Shown here: positions 17,140 through 27,149 of the stretch, one piece after another
How positions within the stretch are numbered: the stretch's first letter is position 1
Layout of the letters: the number at the start of each line of letters is the position of its first letter
Assembly (NCBI GenBank): GCA_034932685.1
Contig: JAYFOM010000018.1
Span: forward strand, 15,011 to 79,010
Length of the DNA: 64,000 nt
DNA from: Erysipelotrichaceae bacterium
GTDB lineage: Bacteria > Bacillota_I > Bacilli_A > Erysipelotrichales > Erysipelotrichaceae
Direction: 5' to 3'
Program-made: the position numbers and the translations under genes
The notes under the pieces: generated by a model
Told to the model about the DNA's origin: nothing
Databases searched by the model: none
The model's input: only the letters and a program-made list of their open reading frames with translations

Positions 17140-18282
17140 TTATTCTACTGATATTTCTTTTTTTGCCAAACGTTTTTCAGTTGACTTTTTAATATAGAAA
17201 TAGATAACCGCAAATACTGGCACGCCAAAAAACATACCTAATACCCCATAAAAGCCACCACCAACAATGATCGCAAACATGATCCATAATGTTGGTAGTC
17301 CAAGGCTATCCCCAAGGATAGCTGGTCCTATGATGTTACCATCTATTTGTTGAATCAATAACACAAACAAAACGAACCACACTACAAGGATTGGATCAAC
17401 AATAAACAAAATGAACACACCCGGTACAGCACCAATAAATGGTCCAAAAACCGGAATCATATTAGTAACACCAATGATCACACTTAAAAGCAAAGCAAAC
17501 GGCATTCTTAAGATCATTAAACCGATGTAAGTTAATAGTCCAATAATTAGCGAATCAAGAGCTTTACCGATAATGAAACGATTGAAAACATTAGCACTAA
17601 CCCTAGAAAAATCAATTAACTTCTCGGCATTATCTTTTGAGAAAAAAGCATAGCTAATCTTAGTAAACTGACGCGCGAATCTTTCTTTATCAATCATGAT
17701 ATAAAGTGCAATAGCCAAACCAATTATTACCTTTAAGATAGTAGAACCAAATCTTATTGAGAAATTTAGTATCTCAGGTAAATATTGTGAAGCGATATTA
17801 ATAACACGTGAGAATAACTCATCGCTGTATCCAGCAAGTAAATCTGCCAAAGTTTGATCAATATTCAACTGCATTAATAATTGTTCAGATATTTTCTCAG
17901 CTGTATTTAAGTAATTCGGTAAAAGATTCATTAGCTTGATGACACTTTCTGTAAGCTGCGGTAATGAAATTACCACAAAGGCTGTTAATACAAAAATAGC
18001 TAATGTCATTGCGATAAGTGAAGAAATCACCCGACTTGTACGCTTTTTCAATTTAAGCTTAATCAGAATCTTGTTTTCAATAAAGGTACAAATTGGACTT
18101 AAAACAAATGCGATGAAAAACCCAAAGATAAATGAAACTGTTATCGATGTTGCTTTTGAAAACCAAACACCTAAAACATGCATGTTATCGACAATAAGGA
18201 AAAAACTAATCAGTATGATTCCTGACAGGGTCAAGGCAATAATATTTTGTTTGGTACCTTCCTCTATCTTAATCTTGCGCAT
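17140..18282 (-). CDS. AI-2E family transporter (PerM/UPF0118)
   Basis: 380-aa polytopic protein with the C-terminal PVFGPFIGAVPG...QQIDGNIIGP motif typical of this family. Confidence 0.8.
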   Translation of the reverse strand: MRKIKIEEGTKQNIIALTLSGIILISFFLIVDNMHVLGVWFSKATSITVSFIFGFFIAFVLSPICTFIENKILIKLKLKKRTSRVISSLIAMTLAIFVLTAFVVISLPQLTESVIKLMNLLPNYLNTAEKISEQLLMQLNIDQTLADLLAGYSDELFSRVINIASQYLPEILNFSIRFGSTILKVIIGLAIALYIMIDKERFARQFTKISYAFFSKDNAEKLIDFSRVSANVFNRFIIGKALDSLIIGLLTYIGLMILRMPFALLLSVIIGVTNMIPVFGPFIGAVPGVFILFIVDPILVVWFVLFVLLIQQIDGNIIGPAILGDSLGLPTLWIMFAIIVGGGFYGVLGMFFGVPVFAVIYFYIKKSTEKRLAKKEISVE

Positions 18283-18406
18283 ACTACCTCATTTCTCTTT
18301 TTATTATAACAGAAATCCCTTGTTTTGACTTATATTAATAAAATCTTAACATATAGTAGTAACTAATGATTATCTGTTATAATGTTACTTGTTTTGGAGA
18401 TTAAAT

Positions 18407-19777
18407 ATGATAGAAACCCTCAAGCATAAATACCTTGCCCCTAAAAATTTTTATAAATCCACCTTAAAAGTGACATTACCTATTGCTTTACAAAACATGT
18501 TATCTGGTACCATGCAAATCATCGACAGTATGATGGTATCATGGATCAACATGATGACAGCAGTTGGTACCGCATCTCAAATCGACATTTTATGTGGTAT
18601 GATCAACTATGGCGCAATTGGTGGAACAGCAATGTTTTCAGCGCAATTTTTCGGTGCGAAGAATTTTGTCAATCTAAAGAAATCGTTTGGCTTAAGTGTC
18701 ATGTTTAGTTTTTTTAATGGTGTTATTTGGCTTTTTATCGCCTTACTTTTTGGTCAATCAATCTTAAGTTTTTATATGAAGGATACAACTACGGTAAGCA
18801 TCGCATTAAGCTATCTTGCTATCGCAATGTTTTCTATGCCTCTTAACGGTGTTAACTTTTCATTTGCGACAATATATCGCTGTATCCAACGACAAGACAT
18901 ATCATTAAAAATAGCTGTTACTGCCGGCTTAACAAACATTATTACTAACTATCTTTTAATATTCGGTGCTTTTGGCTTTCCTAAACTTGGTGTCATTGGC
19001 GCAGCAGTTGGTACATTATTAGCCCAATTGATTGCCCTAACTTTATATCTATTTCATGCGATATCAACTAAACAACCCTTCATAGGTACATTTAGTGAGA
19101 TGTTTATTATAAAGAAAGATTTTGTCATGACTGTTTTAAAAAAGACATTACCACTTATTATAAACGAAGCTCTATTTGGCTTTGGTATGACCTTATTTGT
19201 GAAAGCTTTCGGACAATTAGGTACCTCATCTATGAATGCATATTATGTTGGTAATCAAATTAATAATATGTTTCAGTTTGTCATTTATGGTTATGGTGCA
19301 GCGGTTTCCATTTTGCTTGGCGCAACACTAGGCCAGGGAAAGATCTTAGAAGCAAAAAAAGAATGTGATTACTTCATTGGGTTATCTTTTATCTTAGCTA
19401 TCATTATGGTAAGCATCATGCTTGTCTTTACCAAACCAATGCTTATGTTATTTGATCTTAAAGATCCGTTTATCTATCAAACTGCTTTTTGGATAGTTCG
19501 TGTTTTTGCGCTTAGAATATCAATGCGCTTATTTAACTTTATGATCTTTTCAATATTAAGATCTGGTGGTGACTCAAAGATTATTTCTTTACTTGATTGT
19601 GGTATCATGTGGTTAGTAGGTATTCCCATTGCTTTTTTAGGAGTTAATGTTTTTAAACTAGATAGTATTGCATTAGTATTATTAGCCGTTCAAGTTGAAC
19701 AATTAATCAGAATGATCGTCGGCTTAAAAAGAGTCAGAAGTGGCAAGTGGGCAAATGACCTTAATGCGCTTGTTTAG
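18407..19777 (+). CDS. MATE-family efflux transporter
   Basis: 12-TM protein with MATE N-terminal motif (TLPIALQNMLSGTMQIIDSMMVS). ATG at 18407 after ggaga, with TGtTATAAT upstream. Confidence 0.85.
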   Translation: MIETLKHKYLAPKNFYKSTLKVTLPIALQNMLSGTMQIIDSMMVSWINMMTAVGTASQIDILCGMINYGAIGGTAMFSAQFFGAKNFVNLKKSFGLSVMFSFFNGVIWLFIALLFGQSILSFYMKDTTTVSIALSYLAIAMFSMPLNGVNFSFATIYRCIQRQDISLKIAVTAGLTNIITNYLLIFGAFGFPKLGVIGAAVGTLLAQLIALTLYLFHAISTKQPFIGTFSEMFIIKKDFVMTVLKKTLPLIINEALFGFGMTLFVKAFGQLGTSSMNAYYVGNQINNMFQFVIYGYGAAVSILLGATLGQGKILEAKKECDYFIGLSFILAIIMVSIMLVFTKPMLMLFDLKDPFIYQTAFWIVRVFALRISMRLFNFMIFSILRSGGDSKIISLLDCGIMWLVGIPIAFLGVNVFKLDSIALVLLAVQVEQLIRMIVGLKRVRSGKWANDLNALV

Positions 19778-19789
19778 GAGGTTATCAAT

Positions 19790-20257
19790 ATGATTATCGT
19801 ATTCAGTTATGTTGTTAGTATCATTATCATCGGATCACAATTATATCGACTTAAACGGTTCACACAAGTTATAAAAAGTGAAAGTGAAAATGGGAACCAT
19901 TTAGAATACAAAGAAAGCTCATGGCTTTGGTATGTTTCACAGGGTCTTTTAGCATTGATAACAATGATATTAAATCTTACCAGTACCCAAAGCACTGATA
20001 AAGCTATCTTTATCGTTTTAACCGCAATGTTTTTAGCAAACCTTATACTAGGCATAACCTTTAAACGAATTTATTATAATGACAAAGGCTTTCTTTACCA
20101 ACAGAGATTTATCCCATTTACCACAATTGATAGTATTGAGAAAGCTAATCAATCTGGTCGTACTTACGCTCTTATCTCAGGTGAAGAAGTATTATATATG
20201 GATAAAAAAAGAGCTGTCTTTATTCAACAGCTCTATGAGTTAACTAAACGTAATTAA
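19790..20257 (+). CDS. hypothetical membrane protein
   Basis: Three predicted TM segments plus a ~60-aa soluble tail. Strong SD (aggagg), 12 nt after the MATE stop. Confidence 0.5.
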   Translation: MIIVFSYVVSIIIIGSQLYRLKRFTQVIKSESENGNHLEYKESSWLWYVSQGLLALITMILNLTSTQSTDKAIFIVLTAMFLANLILGITFKRIYYNDKGFLYQQRFIPFTTIDSIEKANQSGRTYALISGEEVLYMDKKRAVFIQQLYELTKRN

Positions 20258-20260
20258 CCA

Positions 20261-21673
20261 TTATCTTGGATCTTGATAAGTGGAATAATAGACCTTACCT
20301 ACTTCAGGTAGGATCTTTTTATATTCAAATAACTCACTTAAAGTTACTAGTTGATAACCCTTAGAGATTAGCTCTGGGATAATACGTTCACTTGCTTCAA
20401 CAGTACTTTGGTATAAATCATGCATTAAGATAATATCACCATCTTTAACATTTCTAATAACAATATCGTATATTTTCCGACTATCACGCGACTGCCAATC
20501 CAATGTATCAATAGACCAATTTACCATGGCATATCCTGCGTTATCCTTAACATACTGATTGTAATTCCCATAGGTAGGTCGCATAAAACGAATCGTGTAA
20601 TCACCAACATACTCATTTAAATCGTCTTGTGTTTTCTTTAAATCTTTTCTTAGTTCTTCTTTACTCAACTTTGTCATTGAGTATTTATGAGTATATGAAT
20701 GATTACCTATCTCATTACCTTGTTTTAACATTCTTTTTAAAGTGTCAGCGTACGGATAGATACGATTACCTACTAAAAAGAAGGTGGCAGCGCTATTATT
20801 TTCAAGTAAATAATCCAATATCTTTTCAGTTGTTGGCGCATATGGACCATCATCATAAGTTAAAGCTACCATTGGTAAATCAGGATCAATGTACCTTAAA
20901 TACATTTCATCACGATCACAAGGAGTTACTATTGGATCACTGTTTATTGGTGCACTTAATAAAAACGCTAATTGGTTAAGATTAAAACTAATTGTGATCA
21001 GTCCTTTATCTTCATCTAAAACCAAACTTGATTCATAATATATATCTAGTCGATCATTATCAATAGTAAAGGTTTTAAAATTTTCTTTTATTGCCTTAGT
21101 GTTATGATAAAAGTCACTACTTAGATTTTCATTATTATCCTTGATGTTTCTTCTTAGATGCGCAGCTAATTTCTTCTCATAGCCACTGACAAAGATATCA
21201 TCAAGAGTTATTTTTTTGCCACTATTAAGATCATAGTTCAAAAAAGCGATTGGACTTAAAACAAGATCATCAACATCACTACCAACAGCTAACAAGATAA
21301 CAATGCTCGCAAACTGATCTTTAACTTGAAAAAGATTATAGTCTAAATAGAATATTTTATCCTCTTCATCACTATTATTAGCAGTGAACGCGTCAACATA
21401 CTCATTTACTAGTGTTGCTAAATCATCATTTATCGTTTCATTAGAAAAACGAGGATAATGTGCCGCAATTGTAATATTATCAGCTTTCTTTATGATCGAA
21501 GCGTATGGCATTTGATTCTTACTGTGACTTATTGAACTATCAATCATTAAGTTTTGATAAACAAAATAAACCACACCAATAAAAACGCTTGTAATCACAA
21601 ACATAATCAACAAAGTTAAGATTTGCGGATTTTTACGCCGATCGTCTATCTCATTTTCTTCTTTCTTACTCAT
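20261..21673 (-). CDS. membrane-anchored polysaccharide deacetylase (PdaC-like, NodB domain)
   Basis: N-terminal TM segment and a middle domain. C-terminal NodB motifs: LTYDDGP, GNHSYTH, RPTYG, ILMHD. Confidence 0.8.
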   Translation of the reverse strand: MSKKEENEIDDRRKNPQILTLLIMFVITSVFIGVVYFVYQNLMIDSSISHSKNQMPYASIIKKADNITIAAHYPRFSNETINDDLATLVNEYVDAFTANNSDEEDKIFYLDYNLFQVKDQFASIVILLAVGSDVDDLVLSPIAFLNYDLNSGKKITLDDIFVSGYEKKLAAHLRRNIKDNNENLSSDFYHNTKAIKENFKTFTIDNDRLDIYYESSLVLDEDKGLITISFNLNQLAFLLSAPINSDPIVTPCDRDEMYLRYIDPDLPMVALTYDDGPYAPTTEKILDYLLENNSAATFFLVGNRIYPYADTLKRMLKQGNEIGNHSYTHKYSMTKLSKEELRKDLKKTQDDLNEYVGDYTIRFMRPTYGNYNQYVKDNAGYAMVNWSIDTLDWQSRDSRKIYDIVIRNVKDGDIILMHDLYQSTVEASERIIPELISKGYQLVTLSELFEYKKILPEVGKVYYSTYQDPR

Positions 21674-23360
21674 TATTTATCACCTTTAGTAAATGCGCGG
21701 CTGCTTGATTTAAGGCATCATTATCTTTATCCTTAATCCCCAACTGCGTATATACTTCCCCCATAGTTATTTGATTCTCTTGCATAGCTGCAAACATTTC
21801 TTTGATTAAAACCATACACTCTGCTTCAAGCTGAACTGGCCCAAACGGATTAGCGAAAAATGTGGTTGATAGACCAGTCTCTGATGTTGTTCCTAATGCA
21901 AATCGTTTACCCTCACAAAAAGTAGTCATTGCTTCTTGTAATGTATCAAACTTTCGCATTCCTATTTCTTTGGTATAGTTATTCGCATATAAGAACATAT
22001 CTACCTTATGATTACTAATTATTTCATCATAACTCACTACTGGAATTACAACTCTGGCATTACTTGTTTCTGGATTAAAGAAGATGCTACGATCCATTTC
22101 ACGATAAGCACTACCTTTCTCTAAATCATCAAGTCTTACAAAAGCGCCAATCTCAGTTCCTTGAGCACATATCTTACCATTTTCTAAATGTAGTGATCCC
22201 ATATCATCGAAGATGACCCGAGTGGCAATTATATCTTTATAACCTAAATTTTGGATAGCTTCAATGGTTTCAGATTTGCCAGCACCAGAATCGCCAATAA
22301 ATACGATACCTTTTGTTAATCCACTAGCAAAGGTGATATTGATCATTGATCCATGCAGTGGTAGCCACCCCTTTTTGATCATCGCAAGATTATGTAGGGT
22401 TAATGCCATCTTCTTCAAATATCCAAAATATTCAATTTCCATACTATGAGAAACATTACCAATCCATATCTGATTTTCTTTATCATGATAGAAGGTACCA
22501 TCGTTTCTACCATCTTTATTGCCAAATAGTAGGATCGCATCTGGTTTCCTGTTATAACACTCTTTATCAAGTGCCAGTTCAAAGAGATTTGCCAAAGCTA
22601 AACCAGAAAAGATGTAATCACAATGAAAGAAGATATAAGTTAAAAGACTACCAATTTTAGCTGGATAACAAAACCATTCTTCTTTATCACAGTTAAAGCT
22701 TTCAACAGGATTATCACTGCGACTACTAAATGTGCCTGAACGTTTATTACTTGCAGGGTGCAGTAATAACGGTGTTCTTAACATCACTGAATCGATAAAA
22801 GAAATCCCTTTTATGCTTTCATAGCCTTTTGGGATGGCCCAACGATAATCACGCACAACCATACTAGCATTACTACCTGCATTTAATTGACGATAAACGT
22901 TGTTTTTTCTTCCCTGTACATTTTCTTCAATCCGACGATACAATGTTAAAATAAGCTGATTAAACTTGTTATCAGCGTCAATAAAGTTAGCTAGTTGTAA
23001 ACCTTGCTTTGCTCCAGTGCGAATCATGGTACAACGTTGTAACTTGCGCCAATAATTATAGAAATTCTCGACAAACAATGTCATTAATTTGCGATTTTCA
23101 AGATACTTATGATCAATTTCATTAGCATCGATGACGCATAACATTTTAAACAGTTTAATCACATCATCAAGCGCTTCTTCTTCATTATGACCATTTAAAA
23201 ACCAACGAAAGACTTTGATATCATTCTGTTTAATATGTTCAAGATAACAAGCTAAGATAAATCTAAAATTCTCACCAGCAAGAACCTCTTCAACTGTTTG
23301 ACAATAGGATGTCGTGAAGTTAATCAATACCGTGTTATTTTTTAAGTAAAGTGATTTCAT
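21666..23360 (-). CDS. uncharacterised P-loop protein with HprK/PEPCK-like kinase core
   Basis: Walker A VFIGDSGAGKSE (codons at 22269-22295) embedded in LPLHGS...GDSGAGKSE...FDDMG...GTEIGAFVR, colinear with HPr kinase / ATP-PEPCK catalytic motifs. The ~350-aa N-terminal region is unrecognised. ATG at 23360 follows GAGGAG. Confidence 0.55.
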   Translation of the reverse strand: MKSLYLKNNTVLINFTTSYCQTVEEVLAGENFRFILACYLEHIKQNDIKVFRWFLNGHNEEEALDDVIKLFKMLCVIDANEIDHKYLENRKLMTLFVENFYNYWRKLQRCTMIRTGAKQGLQLANFIDADNKFNQLILTLYRRIEENVQGRKNNVYRQLNAGSNASMVVRDYRWAIPKGYESIKGISFIDSVMLRTPLLLHPASNKRSGTFSSRSDNPVESFNCDKEEWFCYPAKIGSLLTYIFFHCDYIFSGLALANLFELALDKECYNRKPDAILLFGNKDGRNDGTFYHDKENQIWIGNVSHSMEIEYFGYLKKMALTLHNLAMIKKGWLPLHGSMINITFASGLTKGIVFIGDSGAGKSETIEAIQNLGYKDIIATRVIFDDMGSLHLENGKICAQGTEIGAFVRLDDLEKGSAYREMDRSIFFNPETSNARVVIPVVSYDEIISNHKVDMFLYANNYTKEIGMRKFDTLQEAMTTFCEGKRFALGTTSETGLSTTFFANPFGPVQLEAECMVLIKEMFAAMQENQITMGEVYTQLGIKDKDNDALNQAAAHLLKVINNE

Positions 23361-23367
23361 GTGCTCC

Positions 23368-24078
23368 TCATTTCTGTAATTGCCGCATGATTTCAAATGC
23401 GATCACACTGACTGCGCTACTAGCATTAAGTGCATTTCTAAACTCATTAGCGTATGGGATATAAATATTTGTATCAGCAAGGCTTAATACTGCTTTGGAT
23501 AATCCTCTTTTTTCGCCACCAATAGCTAAAACCAGTGGTTGATCATAATTTATTTGGTAAATACTGGTTGCATCTTTGCGATCAGCGCACAATATTGAAT
23601 GGGTCTTTTTCAACACTAACAAGTCTTGGGCGATATCTTTGCTGGTATATATTGCTAGATACTCACTGGCGCCAGCACTACTTTTAGTTACAACATCCGC
23701 ACTACTTAACCAGTTTCGCTCACCAACTATTACTCCTTCAAAGCCAGCAGCTAATAGACTTCTTAAACAGTAACCAAAATTAAACGGATCCTCTATACCT
23801 TCAAGCAAGCAGATCAATCGTGCTTTTGCGATTGTATCAAATAAGTCGCTTTCACGCTTATCAACAAAAGCAATTATACCACCATGGTTTGTACTCATAC
23901 ATAGTTCATCAATTGCGTTTCGCTCTGCATATTCAACCGGTATATTACTAGCTAAAGCTTGGTTAATGATATAACTGATATTACGATCGCGCTTATTTTT
24001 ATCTACTATAACCTTTTCAACGATTCGCTTTTTAGCTATGATCGCTGCTTTGACACTAATAGCTCCCTCAAAGATCAT
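23368..24078 (-). CDS. SPOUT (TrmH/SpoU, RlmB-like) RNA 2'-O-methyltransferase
   Basis: N-terminal L30e-like substrate-binding region plus SpoU motifs (LEGIEDPFNFG, LAIGGEKRGLS, IPYANEFRNALNASSAVSV). Confidence 0.8.
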   Translation of the reverse strand: MIFEGAISVKAAIIAKKRIVEKVIVDKNKRDRNISYIINQALASNIPVEYAERNAIDELCMSTNHGGIIAFVDKRESDLFDTIAKARLICLLEGIEDPFNFGYCLRSLLAAGFEGVIVGERNWLSSADVVTKSSAGASEYLAIYTSKDIAQDLLVLKKTHSILCADRKDATSIYQINYDQPLVLAIGGEKRGLSKAVLSLADTNIYIPYANEFRNALNASSAVSVIAFEIMRQLQK

Positions 24079-25274
24079 AGTTTGTATCCCCTTCTGATCA
24101 TGTCATTGATCTTAAGCTTAATAGGTGGTTTAAGCCATACCAATTGCATCGGACGATTACAAACAGTAAGCTCTTGATCATCCATGTCCCTTAAATAATC
24201 TACCACAAAAGTTCTGTTTTCACTATCTTGACTTAATACTTCTAATAAATCATTATATTCAAACCGGTTTCTTACTTCAAGAAGCGCTAAATCCTCTTTA
24301 ATATCAACAATCGTTCCAATGTACTCTTGCGAGGCAGGAGTTTTGATCAAAGCGCTTACCATATCTTCCCGTGGAAGACCGCTTAAATAACCGTCAGTTG
24401 CCGGTCGATTTTCAGCTTTTGCCAGTTCACTTTGATACCAAGCAAGTCGTTCATCACTAATTTCACCTTTTTTATAATATTCATCTATCAACATTCGATA
24501 TGTTTTAACTACCGCCGCAATATAATAAGCCGATTTCATGCGACCCTCAATCTTTAAACTAACAATATTAAGATCTATCAAGTTAGTTATATGTTTGAGC
24601 GCTAACAAATCACAAGCAGCCATCGTAAACAAGGAATCCTTCGTTGTTATTTCATTTTGATCATGATATAGCTGATAAAACCAGCGACAAGAATGGGCAC
24701 ATCCTCCTCTATTAGCATCTCTTAAGGTCATAAAATTACTCAACGTACATCTACCTGAGTAATTAGCACACATGCCACCATGAATAAAAACTTCAAGTGG
24801 TAAAGATGATCGCTCAGATGTCATGGCTATTTCATGCATTGATAATTCTCTTGCTAAAACGATACGATCAACTTGTTGATTCTTAAAGAAAGCGATAGCC
24901 TCTGAGTTGGTTACTGATTGTTGGGTGCTTAAATGAACTTCCATATTAGGCGCTACTGCTTTTGCTGTCTTGACTACTTGCATGCTACTACAGATTATCG
25001 CACTTACCCCTATATCAGCAAGTTCACGTAGATATGCGCTTAATCCTTCAAGGTCTTCTTTATGAGGTATTATATTGACTGTAACAAAAATCTTAGCTTG
25101 ATGCTCTTTTGCAAATAGAACCGCTTCTGCGATATCATCAATTGTAAAGTTGCTGGCGCGAGAGCGCAGCGAGAATTTCTTCCCGCCAACATAAACAGCG
25201 TCAGCGCCATATAAGATCGCTATTTTTGCCCGATACAGATCACCCGCTGGTGCTAATAGTTCTATTTTACTCAT
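24075..25274 (-). CDS. peptidase U32-family protein (YrrO/TrhP-type, RNA hydroxylation-associated)
   Basis: ELLAPAG N-terminus, a Cys-rich HGGMCANYSGRCTLS...GGCAHSCRW segment and a C-terminal beta-barrel region typical of the U32 family. Confidence 0.85.
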   Translation of the reverse strand: MSKIELLAPAGDLYRAKIAILYGADAVYVGGKKFSLRSRASNFTIDDIAEAVLFAKEHQAKIFVTVNIIPHKEDLEGLSAYLRELADIGVSAIICSSMQVVKTAKAVAPNMEVHLSTQQSVTNSEAIAFFKNQQVDRIVLARELSMHEIAMTSERSSLPLEVFIHGGMCANYSGRCTLSNFMTLRDANRGGCAHSCRWFYQLYHDQNEITTKDSLFTMAACDLLALKHITNLIDLNIVSLKIEGRMKSAYYIAAVVKTYRMLIDEYYKKGEISDERLAWYQSELAKAENRPATDGYLSGLPREDMVSALIKTPASQEYIGTIVDIKEDLALLEVRNRFEYNDLLEVLSQDSENRTFVVDYLRDMDDQELTVCNRPMQLVWLKPPIKLKINDMIRRGYKL

Positions 25275-26149
25275 AGGGTTGTCGCCTCATACAAAAAACC
25301 AGTGCTAAATTCATAATTACTATATTTAGATTTTATCATCTTATCAATCTCAGCTATATTGGCGCTGTTTAAAACCGCTAAGTATGCTTTTACGATATCA
25401 AAATACATTTCATCCTCGATAAAACAACGCTCAAAACGGATTACTTTGATTACTTCTGTTAATTTTAAAAGCTCAGTCATACAATAAAATATGTATGGAC
25501 TATAGGTATAGGTTCCATGTTGATCTTCATAAATATAAAACTTTTCTTTTCTTGATTCTTCTTTGGCTCTTATCTTTTCATTTTGATGAAGATTGATCGT
25601 CTTAAAGTCATCTTGATAACCACTTAACATTTTACGACGACTCAAACTCATTCTTAGATAACCAAAGACAATCATTTCACTCTGTTTACCATTATCCTTT
25701 GTGACAGCCAACGTTTTATCAAATGTTAATTCTTTCGCAACAACACAACGTTTAATACCAAGATCAAGATAATTAACTAGATCTTGATCATTGGTTATCA
25801 GTGTCTGTGGATCATATATAAGTAAATCTTTTCTATTATATTTATCAGTTAGTTGATATACTGCCATATCGGCAAAGTAAATACCATCAACATCACAATC
25901 GATGAGATACTTAATATGTTTTTCTAACTGTATTAAATCCTCTTCATAAAAAATTGCGTCAACCCGCACATAAAGTCGCATGTTATTTTCATGAGTGATC
26001 TTTACCGCCTTTGTAATAGTTTCTATCGTCATATTACCCGGGCTATATATCGCAAATCTTTCAGTATGAACGCAAAGACTCTTTACCCCAAGTTCAGCAA
26101 AATGACTGATTTCACTAATATCCTTTAAAGTACAAATCGTTTCTATCAT
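25271..26149 (-). CDS. peptidase U32-family protein (YrrN-type short paralog)
   Basis: 292-aa TIM-barrel-like U32 homolog lacking the Cys cluster. ATGA overlap with the downstream U32 gene, as in the Bacillus yrrN-yrrO pair. Confidence 0.75.
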   Translation of the reverse strand: MIETICTLKDISEISHFAELGVKSLCVHTERFAIYSPGNMTIETITKAVKITHENNMRLYVRVDAIFYEEDLIQLEKHIKYLIDCDVDGIYFADMAVYQLTDKYNRKDLLIYDPQTLITNDQDLVNYLDLGIKRCVVAKELTFDKTLAVTKDNGKQSEMIVFGYLRMSLSRRKMLSGYQDDFKTINLHQNEKIRAKEESRKEKFYIYEDQHGTYTYSPYIFYCMTELLKLTEVIKVIRFERCFIEDEMYFDIVKAYLAVLNSANIAEIDKMIKSKYSNYEFSTGFLYEATTL

Positions 26150-26232
26150 TTACATCTCCTATATGCCAATTAATTATAACATAATGTATTTACTATTTTT
26201 AATAAAACCAGCATAATAAAGAAGGTGATAAA

Positions 26233-26589
26233 ATGAATTCCATAACAACATTAAAGCAGCTACAAGCACAAATAAGAGCTTTTTGTGATGAACGTGATTG
26301 GACACAATATCATAGTCCAAAAGAGCTAGCCATTGGTATTAGTACTGAAGCCAATGAATTATTGGAAATATTTAGGTTTATAAAAGAAGATCAATTAGAC
26401 GATGTCTTGAATCAGAAAAAAGAAGCCATCGCTAATGAATTAAGTGATGTCTTCTTTTATTTATTAAGATTCGCAGATCTTTATGATATTGATCTAGTGA
26501 GCGCTTTTAATAATAAAATGCTGATCAATAGCCAACATTACCCAGTTGCGAAAGCATTTGGTAGTAATAAGAAATATAACGAACTTTAA
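26233..26589 (+). CDS. MazG-like nucleotide pyrophosphohydrolase
   Basis: FCDERDWTQYHSPKELAIGISTEANELLEIF and ELSDVFFYLLRFA (EExxE/D metal motifs). Confidence 0.8.
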   Translation: MNSITTLKQLQAQIRAFCDERDWTQYHSPKELAIGISTEANELLEIFRFIKEDQLDDVLNQKKEAIANELSDVFFYLLRFADLYDIDLVSAFNNKMLINSQHYPVAKAFGSNKKYNEL

Positions 26590-27149
26590 AGCTTTAATAG
26601 TACTCCTAAAACACCAGCGATCGTTAGATAGAATATTGGGTGTTTTGGATATTTATTACTAAAAAATAATACTCCAACAAAGATGATTATGGGAATCACA
26701 TTGAATAGATCGACAAGATTATTACTAACATGAAATAATTCAAAGTTAAATAAAGCTTCTTTTATAATGCCTACACCCGCATAGGCGATCAAGGCCGCTA
26801 CTGCAGGTCTAATAGCATAGAAAGCATCGGTGATAATTTTACTATCACGGAACTTTTCAAAACCCTTAGCCACAAAAATACTTATTACCAAGCTAGGCAA
26901 AGCTACCGCTACACTGGCGATGACACCACCTAATACCCCACCAGCTACACTACCTGCATACGTCGCCATGTTAATACCTATGGGACCAGGCGTTGATTCA
27001 CTAATAGCGATCATATTCACTAGTTCTTTGATATCAAACCATGGATATTTATCTGCGATTTGATAAAGAAAAGGCAATGTGGCTAAACCACCACCAATTG
27101 AGAATAACCCCGTTTTAAAGAACTCATAGAGTAATTGTAAATAAACCAT
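26586..27149 (-). CDS. chromate transporter family protein (short ChrA half)
   Basis: FSIGGGLATLP and SESTPGPIGIN motifs. Paired with a second half-size gene. Confidence 0.8.
   Translation of the reverse strand: MVYLQLLYEFFKTGLFSIGGGLATLPFLYQIADKYPWFDIKELVNMIAISESTPGPIGINMATYAGSVAGGVLGGVIASVAVALPSLVISIFVAKGFEKFRDSKIITDAFYAIRPAVAALIAYAGVGIIKEALFNFELFHVSNNLVDLFNVIPIIIFVGVLFFSNKYPKHPIFYLTIAGVLGVLLKL

Noticed and set aside
26586-26589. Convergent MazG-like and ChrA genes overlapping by 4 nt with interlocked stop codons (cTTTAAAg)
   Set aside because: This is a trivial consequence of TAA/TTA complementarity in AT-rich DNA, with no hairpin or other signal attached.
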